This document shows positions 53,001 through 62,766 of a DNA stretch of 64,000 nucleotides, in pieces (the stretch's first letter is position 1; every line of letters begins with the position of its first letter). Below the pieces are notes generated by a model. That model was not told the origin of the DNA and ran no database searches. It was given only the letters and a program-made list of their open reading frames with translations. Origin of the DNA: Carpediemonas membranifera BICM (taxonomy: Eukaryota > Protista > Fornicata); contig JAHDYR010000007.1 of NCBI GenBank assembly GCA_019828565.1, positions 506,373 through 570,372 on the forward strand. The letters run 5' to 3'. The position numbers were made by a program, and so were the translations under genes.

Positions 53001-55791
53001 GATCGAGGATGTCAACGTCATCAACGACTCCTTCGAGCAGCTCGAGCTTGGCGAGTCGCCTCGTAGACTACGTCACGGTCGGGAGCCATCTGAGCCGAAC
53101 ATCCGAGACCTCCTTCGCAAGGGGGCCCGCGGCAACGTCCCGGATATGAACATTGCCCCGCTCGACGACTCGTTCAGCGCATCGGCCTCGGACGCCGGAG
53201 GGCAGTCGGAGACGGTCTCCGAGAGCGACTCGGGCTTCGACCTCGAGGAGGCGGAGTACCGGCTCGAGCGGACCAAGCGGGCCCACGCCAGGTACCTGTC
53301 GATGGCGAGGGCCATATTCTGGTCGGCGGTGACGATGCTCGGGGCGACAGTCGTGATCGTCACAGCCACGGCGCTGACGGTGGCCTTCGACTTCTTCGTG
53401 ATCCCCACGCTTCGCAGCTCCTTTTCATCCGTTGGCGAGGTCGAGGAAATCATCGTCGCCCTCGTGGACGAGTGCAATATGAAGGCGTTCAAGGCCATCG
53501 AGTTCCTCCAGCTCGGGGGCATCGCGCCCTTCGACTACTACTGGCGCATGGCCGACACCAGGGCCGTCGAGCACTGCATAGAGGCCCTAGCCGAGTTCGA
53601 CCTCAGCGAGGAGATCTCGAACCGTCTGGGGGCCGTGTGGGACAGCATGGACCTGGCCTCGTACCGCGAGAAGGTCGAGCTTGCCATGGTCTGGGCGAAC
53701 ACGTCGTTCAACGACGCCGTCGGGTGCCAGATCCGGGACTTCTCGTACAACTACAGCGACGAGACGTGGGTCGAGGCCGAGCAGGCACAGTTCGGCGACG
53801 AGCGGGCCTCATACGGCTTCTACACAGACCTGGCCGCTGACTCGGTCGATACGGCTGCGATCATCGAGCTCGCCCGAGGCGTGGCGACCGACACGATGTA
53901 CTGGGACACCCATGACGGCATCATCGACGAGCTCAAGGCCGTGCAAGCCGACTTGGCGACCTCGATCGAGAGCGACGGCGACTCGGCCAAATACATCATC
54001 GACCTCGCCATCGGCGCCCGGTTCGTCGGCATCGCGTTGGCAGTTTTACTCGGCAGTCTGACCGCACTGTGCACGAGCGCCATGATTGTGATGAAGATCC
54101 GTCTCAAGGCGCTGGCTGACCAGATCGACAACATCCGCCACATTGTCATCGGCGACGATAGCTCGCCCATGCGCACCCTCCGTCTCTCGGTCCTCGCGGC
54201 GCACGGCCTCACAGTTGGATCGTGTATCGCGTTCGGGTTCGTCGCGCTCACCGTCACCGGGTATGCCGGCTACCTCTACTTCACCGAGGTCGACGGCATG
54301 TCCGCGGCCCTCAGCGACAGGATTGACACCGCGACCGAGCTGTTCGACTTCAAGGACGCAGTGAACGTCTTCATGCACACCATGATCGAGTACACGCAGA
54401 GGCCTGACCCCGGCTACCTCACCACACTCGAGACGGCGTACGAGTCCTTGCCCGAGGCCGTGCTGGCCCTAGACGAGGCCATGTCGTCATACGACGTCAG
54501 CGAGGAGACTGTCACCGGTCTCAGGGGCACTGTCGAGACGCTCAACCACACCCTCCTCATCGCTGCGACCCTCGCCATCTGGGCAAACGACGTCCCCGCC
54601 ACCGTCGCCGCGCCCCTGCACGACCTCGAGTACGACATCACGACGGAGACCGGCTTCGAGTACGACCGCATGCACTACACAAGGGAGCACTGCTACACCG
54701 ACACCGCGCACGACAAGGCGCTGGATGCGGACGAGCAGCTGACCATCGCGAGGGAGATCCTTTTTGATGAGAAGTTTAGCGAACTCGTCGTTGAGTTTAA
54801 GGCTTATTTAGCGGAATACCAGACCGAAGTCACGGCCATCATCGATGAGCGCATCGACGCGCACGAGGCGCGGGAGATGATCCTCCTCGGCATCACAGCG
54901 GCGCTCTTGGCCCTTCTTCTGGTCTTCTTGGCGCTCATCGGCGTGCTCCTCATGGCCCTCGCACCGACTAAGGCCCGCAAACTCTCAGTGATCAAGCAAC
55001 GGGTCACCGCCCGAGCCACACAGCGCTTCTACCGCATCGCGGCGACGACAGTGGCGCTGATCGGGTGCATCTTCGTCGGGCTCACTGCGTACTCGGAGCT
55101 GTGGATTCTTGTCGGGTCGAACATTGACGTCCTCAACACGGCAGCGGCGAGGTCAGTCCGCCTCATCGACGCCGTGGCCGAGGCGATGTTCACGGCCACG
55201 ACGCAGCAGAGGTCGACTGAGCACTACAACGCGGCCGTGGGCAACCTCGACGTGATGGTCTCGACCCACGAGAGTCTGACGGGCGAGACGTCGCTCTTCC
55301 TCTCGGCGATGGGCTTCTTCCAGAGTTCTGCCAGCGACCTGTCCAACTCGGTCTCGTGCACCTCATGCGCCATGCTCACGTCCCAGTCGTACGAGCAGGC
55401 GCTGACGATGCTCCAAGCAGCCGTGCCCGAGCTCAACCCGGCCCTGGGCAAGGGGACGTGTCTGGCGCGGGACGGCACCGGCAGCATCGCCCTGATCACC
55501 GCCCTCGAGGTGGTGCAGCAACTCGCACCAGTTTTCCACGAGACGTTCGACGACTACTGCGGCATTATTAGCACCGTGCTGCTCGCGTACCGTCTCATCA
55601 ACGTGCCTCTTTACCTGTTTGCCATCGGGTTCCTCCTACTTTCGTATAGACTTGTGTTCCGACGCATTTTCATCGCGCTCAGCCGCGACGAGAGCATCGT
55701 GCTGAGTCTGCTTGTAATGATCCCGAAGGAACACGTCGCGAACAACGCGATGCTGGCCACATTTATCGCAGAACACGCCATCGATAACTAA
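50050..55791 (+). CDS. Large polytopic membrane protein, TmcB-like family
   Basis: N-terminal TM cluster, helical domain FW..L......L...S.EI......A...Y..L...FP......AYAQF, further TM pairs; first ATG at 50050. Confidence 0.75.
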   Translation: MGKETVRSASVADSRASTSRRIGFLSPLKLTSIQERIPAICGSIRLSTGDYTPLLVLSILIQAFQLSSLAVAFNDSIFFTITRVLLPSIFGLFADNTAAQVIVVVAAICVLGLMVWLACEAVVVRTIRQGLHYRLLAYAMLLVSSVLLVPLIQALSLPLFIAQDDGTNDDVSGILSAVDALSVTHLAYFAASTAALVILAAMAMVSSIVFFSGPYSDSSILTVLVPSAAVFVQPALTVILGVVAATRCFGLDSLNLYASAGSVSIVAAVFAAYAYVCPIHAHPSMYLLNVGSYLNVAVVSLATVYHPGMFWLSPAVTLMLVVVLGGLRYAFIYIRLNPALKTARDPLASAVDMDEFGLDADPRLPRISRTSFTQFVWLVVIRYQLFNAQLRRQSDRREMLAAAMQQDDLASRQREMIGRLQSLVSFACAEKYTSGRARLTVVQYSLTVAANYEAAIFEAARVPAMVERDIIKHLGISTIMMLVGLHTDADRIRRKQDSGLNAEALADLNHKQKKAKEESVNARRAINSFWRALDQGKPDVNELLAISQEIHKHSTSADKLYIQLIKAFPERDNIIRAYAQFVTVVQQDPEYGAQIDLCAEEIANQRLMSDVSSSASSSRSGSQVSAGTRTYENDILTVLRTHTSTATSSSVANLRKAVLALIAIITAIFVIVGTVFQVRMFVMSALVDALSASGTMSYSTSQATFLALLSYLEQTHPGKFTRGVLESEGIIKSQLELSIDELVDSSHSLDDAVSSIVTSTLFPDIFSHAREPSFLARYYLDTTPATTESVDVSIVSMVASLGVAFRRIVDEAELDVDVAFIQTNGLESLRNGIDILQEKIVESTETAEYIGAAVDIVAVLLVVGVLFGLQFFLLRRAFNNVTLHQAENINVFLHIDRAIVQDMIKTTNVAKKERRKKRKSANTKRAITFEPRIEADDDEEDDARQSDQDDNDVNLQSIHSIHEDDNEEGPVSDTEGDDAFKEGEIEDVNVINDSFEQLELGESPRRLRHGREPSEPNIRDLLRKGARGNVPDMNIAPLDDSFSASASDAGGQSETVSESDSGFDLEEAEYRLERTKRAHARYLSMARAIFWSAVTMLGATVVIVTATALTVAFDFFVIPTLRSSFSSVGEVEEIIVALVDECNMKAFKAIEFLQLGGIAPFDYYWRMADTRAVEHCIEALAEFDLSEEISNRLGAVWDSMDLASYREKVELAMVWANTSFNDAVGCQIRDFSYNYSDETWVEAEQAQFGDERASYGFYTDLAADSVDTAAIIELARGVATDTMYWDTHDGIIDELKAVQADLATSIESDGDSAKYIIDLAIGARFVGIALAVLLGSLTALCTSAMIVMKIRLKALADQIDNIRHIVIGDDSSPMRTLRLSVLAAHGLTVGSCIAFGFVALTVTGYAGYLYFTEVDGMSAALSDRIDTATELFDFKDAVNVFMHTMIEYTQRPDPGYLTTLETAYESLPEAVLALDEAMSSYDVSEETVTGLRGTVETLNHTLLIAATLAIWANDVPATVAAPLHDLEYDITTETGFEYDRMHYTREHCYTDTAHDKALDADEQLTIAREILFDEKFSELVVEFKAYLAEYQTEVTAIIDERIDAHEAREMILLGITAALLALLLVFLALIGVLLMALAPTKARKLSVIKQRVTARATQRFYRIAATTVALIGCIFVGLTAYSELWILVGSNIDVLNTAAARSVRLIDAVAEAMFTATTQQRSTEHYNAAVGNLDVMVSTHESLTGETSLFLSAMGFFQSSASDLSNSVSCTSCAMLTSQSYEQALTMLQAAVPELNPALGKGTCLARDGTGSIALITALEVVQQLAPVFHETFDDYCGIISTVLLAYRLINVPLYLFAIGFLLLSYRLVFRRIFIALSRDESIVLSLLVMIPKEHVANNAMLATFIAEHAIDN

Positions 55792-56062
55792 TGTACTCAT
55801 AAATTTCTGATGTTTCAGTCACTGTTAACCGGCTGCGCGTCTGTCAAATGCGAACTGTACTCAGGAAACGCGCGGGGGCCTTACCATCCCAGTTGTCTCG
55901 GTGTGGTCGGGGAACACACGCTGATGAAGGGGCAACTGGCACCGATGGCTCGGGCGGGAGCCTTCTCCTTCATAACTGTGGCCGCGCCACGGTAGTACTA
56001 ACAGCAGTAGTCCGCTTGCGAGCCACGTCTCGCTCCGGGAAAGGCAATGAAGTGATCCGACT

Positions 56063-56299
56063 TTAATGCTTGCAAATACGGTCAGGGTTTGTGTTGAACT
56101 TCTCGCCGACAGATGAGAACTTGCCTCTGGCCTCAAGGAAGTCTATAAGCTGCGATGCGGTCATGTTCTCCGCGGAACAGGTGTGAAAGCGAGCGTCAGC
56201 GCCGAAACGGGCGTTAATTGCGACCTGGAGGGTCTCTCTGGTGAACCCAGCGGGGTTCTCAAGCATCATATGCATTACTTCGTGTCCGTGAATACTCAT
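56063..56299 (-). CDS. yecH: YecH-family (DUF2492) putative metal-binding protein
   Basis: SIHGHEVM.MM, FG.DARFHTCSAENM.A..LIDFL..RGKF, C-terminal ICKH. Confidence 0.88.
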   Translation of the reverse strand: MSIHGHEVMHMMLENPAGFTRETLQVAINARFGADARFHTCSAENMTASQLIDFLEARGKFSSVGEKFNTNPDRICKH

Positions 56300-56699
56300 C
56301 GGGTGATCTGCAGCTCAGGGCATCGACAGGGGCCCCTGCCTGCGTTCACTTTTTTGCCAACACCATTTTTTTCTGCACTCAGCACCACAGCCGGTCTGGC
56401 AAGCAGGCCACCTTGAAGGGTAGAGTTGTGGGCCTCCGAGTCCGCCAACATGATCCAATCTCCGATTACAAGCTGAGTCGAGTCAATCTTACCTCAGAGT
56501 TGTTACTGAAGACCCGGCGTGTCTCGCCAAGCTGCCGAAGGAGGCTCGCTTTTCTCTACCCAGCGGGTGTCTCAAGAAGTTCATGCCAGTCTTTATCAGC
56601 CGGCGCCCGGGGTTCACGGGCCGACTTCTACGAGGATTCTCATACTCACAGCTCTTCGAGCACCCAACCCAACCCGTCGAGACCTCATGCATCTATCAT

Positions 56700-57584
56700 T
56701 TACGGATCCTTGTGGCACACGTGCATGCAGGTCCAGACGTCAACGTCGAGGTAGAAGGTGTGGTCCTTGAAGCCCTTCTTGAAGTCCATGACGTGCGTGG
56801 CCTTGCTGTCACTGCACGTCGGGTCCTCCCCCGACCCGTCGCACACGCGATATTCCGTATTGGGCTCGTTGTACCAGACCTCTGTTGGCTCGTGGTGGTA
56901 CTTTTCGACGAGCATGTTCTCCATGGGGAGGTGCGGCACGATGTCGGCGTAGTGAGTCACACGGAAAACCTGATCGACCGTGCGGGGCACCATCTCGGCG
57001 TATGCCTTCGTGCCGACACGAGGCTCGCCGAAGGTATAAAGGTGAAGAGGCACATCACGGCCAACGATGCCAGAGATGCGCAGATCAGTGGCGCTGAGCG
57101 AGGCAAGGGCCGCACCGAGGGAATGGCCGGTGACCTGGACGAGGGAAACGCCACCCTGCTCCAGCAGCTGACGGACGAGGCCGTTCATCGTCTCAGAGAT
57201 GGAGAGGTAGACCTCAGAGAAGCCGCGGTGCACCTTCACGCCGGGCCAGTTCTTGTGCTCCGTCTGCCACGCCTCGGCGTCCTCGAGCCAGTTCTCGTTG
57301 GAGTCAGTGCCGCGGAAGACTACATGGATTGTCTTAGCGCTCGTCTTAGGATCAACCTCAAGAGCTACATAGCCGCGTGCCTCCGTCTTCTCGTTACGGA
57401 CAACACGGACGAAGGAGATGTCGTCAATGGTCTTGCAAACAGGGCAGGTCCATCCGTTCACGGCCTTGTCGCTGTCGCAGTATGACGCGCAGCTCAGGTG
57501 CATAGCCCGCTTGGCAATAGCGGGGTTGTAGGTGCCTGCAGCCAAAACGCATGCAATGAGAGCGAATGCAAGAAGCAGGTTCAT
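56700..57584 (-). CDS. Secreted class 3 lipase
   Basis: Signal peptide; VVFRGT, VHRGF, VTGHSLG, YTFGEPRVG, DIVPHLP, DHTFY. Confidence 0.95.
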   Translation of the reverse strand: MNLLLAFALIACVLAAGTYNPAIAKRAMHLSCASYCDSDKAVNGWTCPVCKTIDDISFVRVVRNEKTEARGYVALEVDPKTSAKTIHVVFRGTDSNENWLEDAEAWQTEHKNWPGVKVHRGFSEVYLSISETMNGLVRQLLEQGGVSLVQVTGHSLGAALASLSATDLRISGIVGRDVPLHLYTFGEPRVGTKAYAEMVPRTVDQVFRVTHYADIVPHLPMENMLVEKYHHEPTEVWYNEPNTEYRVCDGSGEDPTCSDSKATHVMDFKKGFKDHTFYLDVDVWTCMHVCHKDP

Positions 57585-57816
57585 CGCCGTGTCTGATTTT
57601 TTAATGGAGGAAGTGGATCTGAGATGATCCCCAGTAGATCCGAGATTCGGACACAATCATCTGTTGGACTGATGGTAGCAAGCCATGGGAAAGGCTTTGA
57701 GCGCCAGACCTGGTCTTCTTGTGCTCGTAGTTGTGAGCAGCCGCCACGGTCCCGTTTGATAAATAAGAGCTCAGTCAAGACACCGCTGCCAAGCTCTGTT
57801 TATATGCTATACAGCC

Positions 57817-60800
57817 TCAGTAGGCCTCCAGTATGAACCGCTGCTCCCGCTCCCGCGTCTCGAACAGCTCCTCGGCCTCGTCCCTTGGCACGCCGTGCTC
57901 AGCAAAGATGCCGATGATCGCCTCCTTCAAGTACTTCGCCCCTATGATTGTCCCGCTGTAGTAGAGATGCCCGCCCTGCACCCACAGCATCTCGAACACC
58001 TCGTCTGAGTGTTGCTGGATGCGGTCGTGGACAAACACGCGCCGACCCGTCTCTCTCGAGAAGGCGGGGATCTCGTCGTATACACCCTCGTCCCGCCAGG
58101 CCTGCTCTGTCTCGGTCAGGAGGTAGTCCTCGTCGCGGCGTCTGCAGCCGTAGTAGAGGACGGCCTTGTTCTGGGGGATGCCCTCGTCGTGGAGCGTCTT
58201 GCGGTACTGAATCCAGCCTCGGAAGGGCGCGATACCCGTGCCGAGGGCGACCATCATGTACGGGATAGCCGGGTCAGCGGGTGGCACCATCGGCGAGGAT
58301 TTGACGTAAGCTGCACATCTATCGCCCATTCGGACGTCCTTGAGCCAGGAAGTGGTCATGCCGTGCCTGATCTTGCCCTTGGGGGTGACCCAGTCGACGA
58401 TGCCGACGGTGAGCTGGATAGCGTGGGGCACCATCTTGTCCGAGGAGGCGATGGAGTAGAGGCGGGGCTTGATGGCGGGGATGAAGTCGACCAGGTACTC
58501 GATCGATGGCCGGGCCGACGTGAACTCCTCGAGGAACTCGCCGTACGTGACGTACTCGTTCATGTACTCCATGTAGTCCTCCTTGCCGTCCTTCGACACG
58601 AGGTACTGCAGGCGCTCGCGCTCGGCGCGGTCCTGGGCGAAGGGGATCATGGCGCGCATGAAGGGCTTGGTGACACGGCCGGCAATGTCGAGGTGCTGGG
58701 TGAAGATCTCGCGGATCGTCAGCGACTTATCCAGCCCCGCCGGCACGATGTTCGCCCCGTTACCCCGCACGGCGACGCACATGTCGGCGTCGAGCTTGTT
58801 CACTTCAACCCAGTGATTCACGACGGAGTCGAGGTTGCGGGGCATGATGGCCATGTGGTAGCCAGTCTGGTACGTCAGGCCGGTGTCCTCGATGTTGAAC
58901 TCGAAGTGGTGGGACGACCGCTCGTTTCCTGGGCCAGTGATCTCGTCGTTCGCGGCGACGGTGGTCCACTGGCAGCCGGGCGGCGGGGGCGGGGGGTTCT
59001 GCATGGACGCGGCGACGAGAACAGTGAATTTGGGGTCCGGGATGACGGGTACGGAGCCGACGTCGACGGCGCCCAGTCCTTCCCAGAGGCTGTCAACCCA
59101 CTTGCCGTAGCCGTCCTCGTACTTCTCGGGGTGGGACTCGTCACCCTTGCCGAAGGGGCAGAGGGCGACCCCGCCGAGCTCGGCCATGCGGTTGTGGACG
59201 TCCTCGGCGGCCTTGCAGAACAGCGGATACTCCTTTGACCCGAGCCCCATCACGGCGAACTGGGTCCCGGCGAACGTGTCATCCGACAGCGCTGGGTTGG
59301 ATAGCCAGTCCCAGAAGGCGAGGGCGGTGTCGGCATGCTCGCCCTGGCCGAAGGTCGAGGTGATGTAGATGACGAGGTCGGCGTCGGCAATCTCGCGTGG
59401 CTTGATCTTGTCGACCGAGACTACGCGGGGGGCGAACTCGATGTCCTTGATCTTGGCCTCGTTGGCCAGGCGGTAGGCGACCTCCTTGGAGGTGCCGGTC
59501 TGGGTGGCATAGACGATGAGCATCGGTACGGCGTCGGCCGAGATGACGGCCGTATTGACGTCGTTGAACGTGTCGGTGGGGGGCTGCTTGACCAGATGGG
59601 CGCGGTCTGCGTACGCTGTATGGAGCAGCTCGTGGGCCTTGTGGGAGTTGGGCTCGCCGAAGAACTCCTTGTAGATCTGCTGGATCTCGGGGTTCTCGTG
59701 GGCCTTGCGCTGAGTGGCCCTCTCGTCGTCGGTGTAGATGGCCGACTGGCGCTTCTCCAGGATCCTGGGGTCGAGGGACTTGGGCTGGCCGCCCCCCCCG
59801 AGACACCCGCCGGGGCAGGCCATGACCTCGACAAAGTCGTAGCGGCGTCGGCCCGCTCTGATGTCATGCATCATGTTGTTGGCGTTGGATATGCCGGACG
59901 CGATGCCAATGCGGAGGGTCTTGGTGGGGCCGTCCTTGAGGGGGATCTCGACCGAGGCCTCCTTGATGCCGGAGAGGCCGCGGGCGGGGGTGTAAGAGAG
60001 GGTGCCGAGGGGCTTGCCCGCGAGGATCTCGTAGGCGGTGCGGAGAGCAGCCTCCATCACGCCGCCGGTAGTACCGAACAGTCTGCCCGCGCCCGAAGAG
60101 TTGCCGATGGGGGAGTCGAACTCGGCGTTGGGCAGGGCGGGGAAGTCGATGTGGTGCTTGCGGATGAGCTTTCCGAGCTCGCGGGTGGTGAGGACGGCGT
60201 CGACGACCTTCATGCCGCCGGTGACCATCTGCATGCGGTCGATCTCGCCCTTCTTGGCGGTGCAAGGCATGACGGCGAAGTGAAAGATGTCCTCCGGCTT
60301 GATGTCCATCTTTCTGGCGAAGTATGTCTTGACGACGGAGCCCATCATCATCATGGGACTGCGGGCGGTCGAGAGGTTATCGAGGTAGTCGGGGAAGCGG
60401 GTCTCGACGTTGTTGACCCACGAGGGGCAGCAAGACGTGAACATGGGGCCCATCTTGTCGGCCTGCTCGGGGGTGGCGGCCCACTTCTTCTGCATGCGAC
60501 TGATGAGCTCGGTGCCCTCCTCCATGATGGTCAGGTCAGCAGTAAAGTCGGTGTCGACGACGTAGTTGCAGCCGAGGGCCTTAAGGGCAGCGACCATCTT
60601 GCCGGTCGACACCTCGCCAGCGGGGACACCGCACTCCTCGCCGATGGAGACGCGGACGGCGGGGGCGGTCTGGGCAACGATAGTCTTGCCCTCCGCGATG
60701 GCGGCGTAGAGGCGCTCGATGTGCGAGACCTCCTGGATGCTCCCAGTAGGGCAGAAGGACGTGCACTGGCCACACCCGATGCACATCGTCTCGTCCAACC

Positions 60801-61317
60801 GCAGGCCGCCGTGGGGGCGGACGCCAGTGCCTGTCGTCTCGAGAATGCCCATCTCCTGGATCTTGGAGCAGGCCGCCTCACACCGGCCGCAGTCAACGCA
60901 TACGGCAGGGTCGATGAGGATCATGCCATTCGTGTCGACGTCACAAGCGGTGACCTGGTCGAACGTCTGCTCAAACTCGGTCTTGAAGCGACGGACAGGC
61001 TGGATCGGCATCGTCTTGGCCTTGAGCTCACGGAAGACAGACGCAGCCTTCGCTTTAACACGCGCAGTGTCTGTTCTGAAGCTCTGGCCGTCCGAGACTT
61101 TCGAGGAACAGGCCATGACGAGCGATCCATCCTCCATATCCACAGCACAACAGCCACAGCGACCTAATGGGCGCAGGCGAGGATGAAAGCACAGCGTGGG
61201 AATGAAAATCCCTTGTGATCGTGCTGCTTCGAGCATAGTGTAGTTCTTTGGGACGTCGTAGTCCCTTCCATTGATGTTCACGCAAACAGTCTCGTCATTT
61301 GTCCTTTTGAGCTGCAT
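57817..61317 (-). CDS. [FeFe]-hydrogenase fused to a flavodoxin + FAD/NAD(P)H-binding (CysJ/CPR-like) module
   Basis: 2Fe-2S and 2x4Fe-4S Cys motifs; H-cluster motifs FTSCCPSW, MPCTAKKGE, EVMACPGGCLGGGGQP; YATQTGTS, STFGQG, RLYSIASS, GTGIAPFRG. Confidence 0.96.
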   Translation of the reverse strand: MQLKRTNDETVCVNINGRDYDVPKNYTMLEAARSQGIFIPTLCFHPRLRPLGRCGCCAVDMEDGSLVMACSSKVSDGQSFRTDTARVKAKAASVFRELKAKTMPIQPVRRFKTEFEQTFDQVTACDVDTNGMILIDPAVCVDCGRCEAACSKIQEMGILETTGTGVRPHGGLRLDETMCIGCGQCTSFCPTGSIQEVSHIERLYAAIAEGKTIVAQTAPAVRVSIGEECGVPAGEVSTGKMVAALKALGCNYVVDTDFTADLTIMEEGTELISRMQKKWAATPEQADKMGPMFTSCCPSWVNNVETRFPDYLDNLSTARSPMMMMGSVVKTYFARKMDIKPEDIFHFAVMPCTAKKGEIDRMQMVTGGMKVVDAVLTTRELGKLIRKHHIDFPALPNAEFDSPIGNSSGAGRLFGTTGGVMEAALRTAYEILAGKPLGTLSYTPARGLSGIKEASVEIPLKDGPTKTLRIGIASGISNANNMMHDIRAGRRRYDFVEVMACPGGCLGGGGQPKSLDPRILEKRQSAIYTDDERATQRKAHENPEIQQIYKEFFGEPNSHKAHELLHTAYADRAHLVKQPPTDTFNDVNTAVISADAVPMLIVYATQTGTSKEVAYRLANEAKIKDIEFAPRVVSVDKIKPREIADADLVIYITSTFGQGEHADTALAFWDWLSNPALSDDTFAGTQFAVMGLGSKEYPLFCKAAEDVHNRMAELGGVALCPFGKGDESHPEKYEDGYGKWVDSLWEGLGAVDVGSVPVIPDPKFTVLVAASMQNPPPPPPGCQWTTVAANDEITGPGNERSSHHFEFNIEDTGLTYQTGYHMAIMPRNLDSVVNHWVEVNKLDADMCVAVRGNGANIVPAGLDKSLTIREIFTQHLDIAGRVTKPFMRAMIPFAQDRAERERLQYLVSKDGKEDYMEYMNEYVTYGEFLEEFTSARPSIEYLVDFIPAIKPRLYSIASSDKMVPHAIQLTVGIVDWVTPKGKIRHGMTTSWLKDVRMGDRCAAYVKSSPMVPPADPAIPYMMVALGTGIAPFRGWIQYRKTLHDEGIPQNKAVLYYGCRRRDEDYLLTETEQAWRDEGVYDEIPAFSRETGRRVFVHDRIQQHSDEVFEMLWVQGGHLYYSGTIIGAKYLKEAIIGIFAEHGVPRDEAEELFETREREQRFILEAY

Positions 61318-61632
61318 ATGTGATGATTGGTGCTCTTATCCCTAGCTTCGGCGCAGCGATACGATCATGCCCAGGTCAGATTTTCAAGAAAGACGTATCG
61401 CGGAAGATCGTCTTTTAAGAATGACCCGCGGCCAGCTTGCACTCGGGTAAAGGGTTGTATCGCCTCCTTATGCACATTTGTGAAGTTTGACCCGCGCCGA
61501 CTGGGGCACTGCCGCGACCAGCCGAGAAAAGAAGAAGCTGACTAAAAGCATTTACGGTGTCGGCCGGCCGCCAGTAATATGGGATGTGCTCGGCGGTCTC
61601 TCAAACCTGGGGTGTCACCTTCCTTGCTAGCT

Positions 61633-62457
61633 CTAGGCAAATAGGGCTGTGAGTCCTTCTACCAGAAGCGAGGCAAACGACACGCCAGCGCTGAAGAAGA
61701 TCACTGTAATCATGCCCAGAAGCACGCCAATCCGCCGCATGAAGTGGAGCCTCTTCGGGAAGAGGAATAGCACCCCGCCTACGGTGAATATGGCCCCGAT
61801 AAAGAAGCCGATGAGGAACTCGGGCATGTAGTTCCGGTCGTCCGACTGCTGTGTGAAGTTCAGGTGTGGTTCGGTCACGCCTGAGTGGGAAAGGCGTTCC
61901 TGCACACGGCCCAGGGCGTCTCTAAGCGTCACATCGTCGACATTGGGCGTCTCATCAAACTGGTCGGAGAGAAAGAGCTCCTCGAACTGCATCAGACGCT
62001 CTCTATCGAGCGGGGCCTCTCTGCCCTGCTCCCTGTCGTCCTCGAGGAGCATTGACGCCAGGAGCACACGGTTGAACATCACCTCTTCCTGCCCAATGAA
62101 CTCGACGAGACGATCCAGGCCACGCCGCTCTGTGGGCTCTATGTGCATGTCGCTCTCGTTGATGTTGTCAACCCCTGTCGTTGTTGCGAGGTCGTTCACT
62201 GAAACATGAAGCGTGTCACCTGGCCCAATGGAGTAATCGCCGATTGTATTGCGTTGGGCAAGTACTTGGCCGCGAAATAGGAAGCGAATTGACTTTTGGC
62301 TCAAGTTTCGAAGCTCAACAAGCTGTGTCAATGGAAATATGGGGCTACATACCTGTGCGTGAAGCTCGCTGATCTTCATCATTCTATGTACACTCATTTG
62401 GATCTTATTTGCGTCAGGGAATAGGATTAAGTTGATGTTGAAGTTGGAAATCTCCAT
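61633..62457 (-). CDS. Ubiquitin-like domain + C-terminal TM protein (Dsc3/DUF2407-like); probable in-frame intron
   Basis: IRFLFRGQVL...TIGDYSI..GDTLHV; RGLDRL; two C-terminal TM helices. Confidence 0.75.
   Translation of the reverse strand: MEISNFNINLILFPDANKIQMSVHRMMKISELHAQVCSPIFPLTQLVELRNLSQKSIRFLFRGQVLAQRNTIGDYSIGPGDTLHVSVNDLATTTGVDNINESDMHIEPTERRGLDRLVEFIGQEEVMFNRVLLASMLLEDDREQGREAPLDRERLMQFEELFLSDQFDETPNVDDVTLRDALGRVQERLSHSGVTEPHLNFTQQSDDRNYMPEFLIGFFIGAIFTVGGVLFLFPKRLHFMRRIGVLLGMITVIFFSAGVSFASLLVEGLTALFA
62323..62352 (-). other. Probable in-frame spliceosomal intron, 30 nt
   Basis: GTATGT...TTGACACAG; interrupts the Ubl helix (ELHAQ|LVEL). Confidence 0.75.
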
Positions 62458-62766
62458 CTGACGGTGTTTAGGACGCCAGGGGCCTGGGATGGAAGCCAGT
62501 TATCGTTTACGTTTTGGGACTATAAATCATTTGTTACGATTGCAAAGCGGGTTATCAGTGCATCTAGCCCTCAGGAGCGACAAAAATACCCTCGATTTCT
62601 GAGGTTGGCAGGGCGCAAATGTCCAAATGAGTATATGCCTGCAAGCAGGTCCGTTCGGACTAATTTGAAAGCCGAGATGTCGCTTTCAACTCATCATAGT
62701 GTCAATGAGTGGCTTTAACACACCCAGATAACTTGTTTGACCTGCACCGCAGTTTAGCCGCCAACA

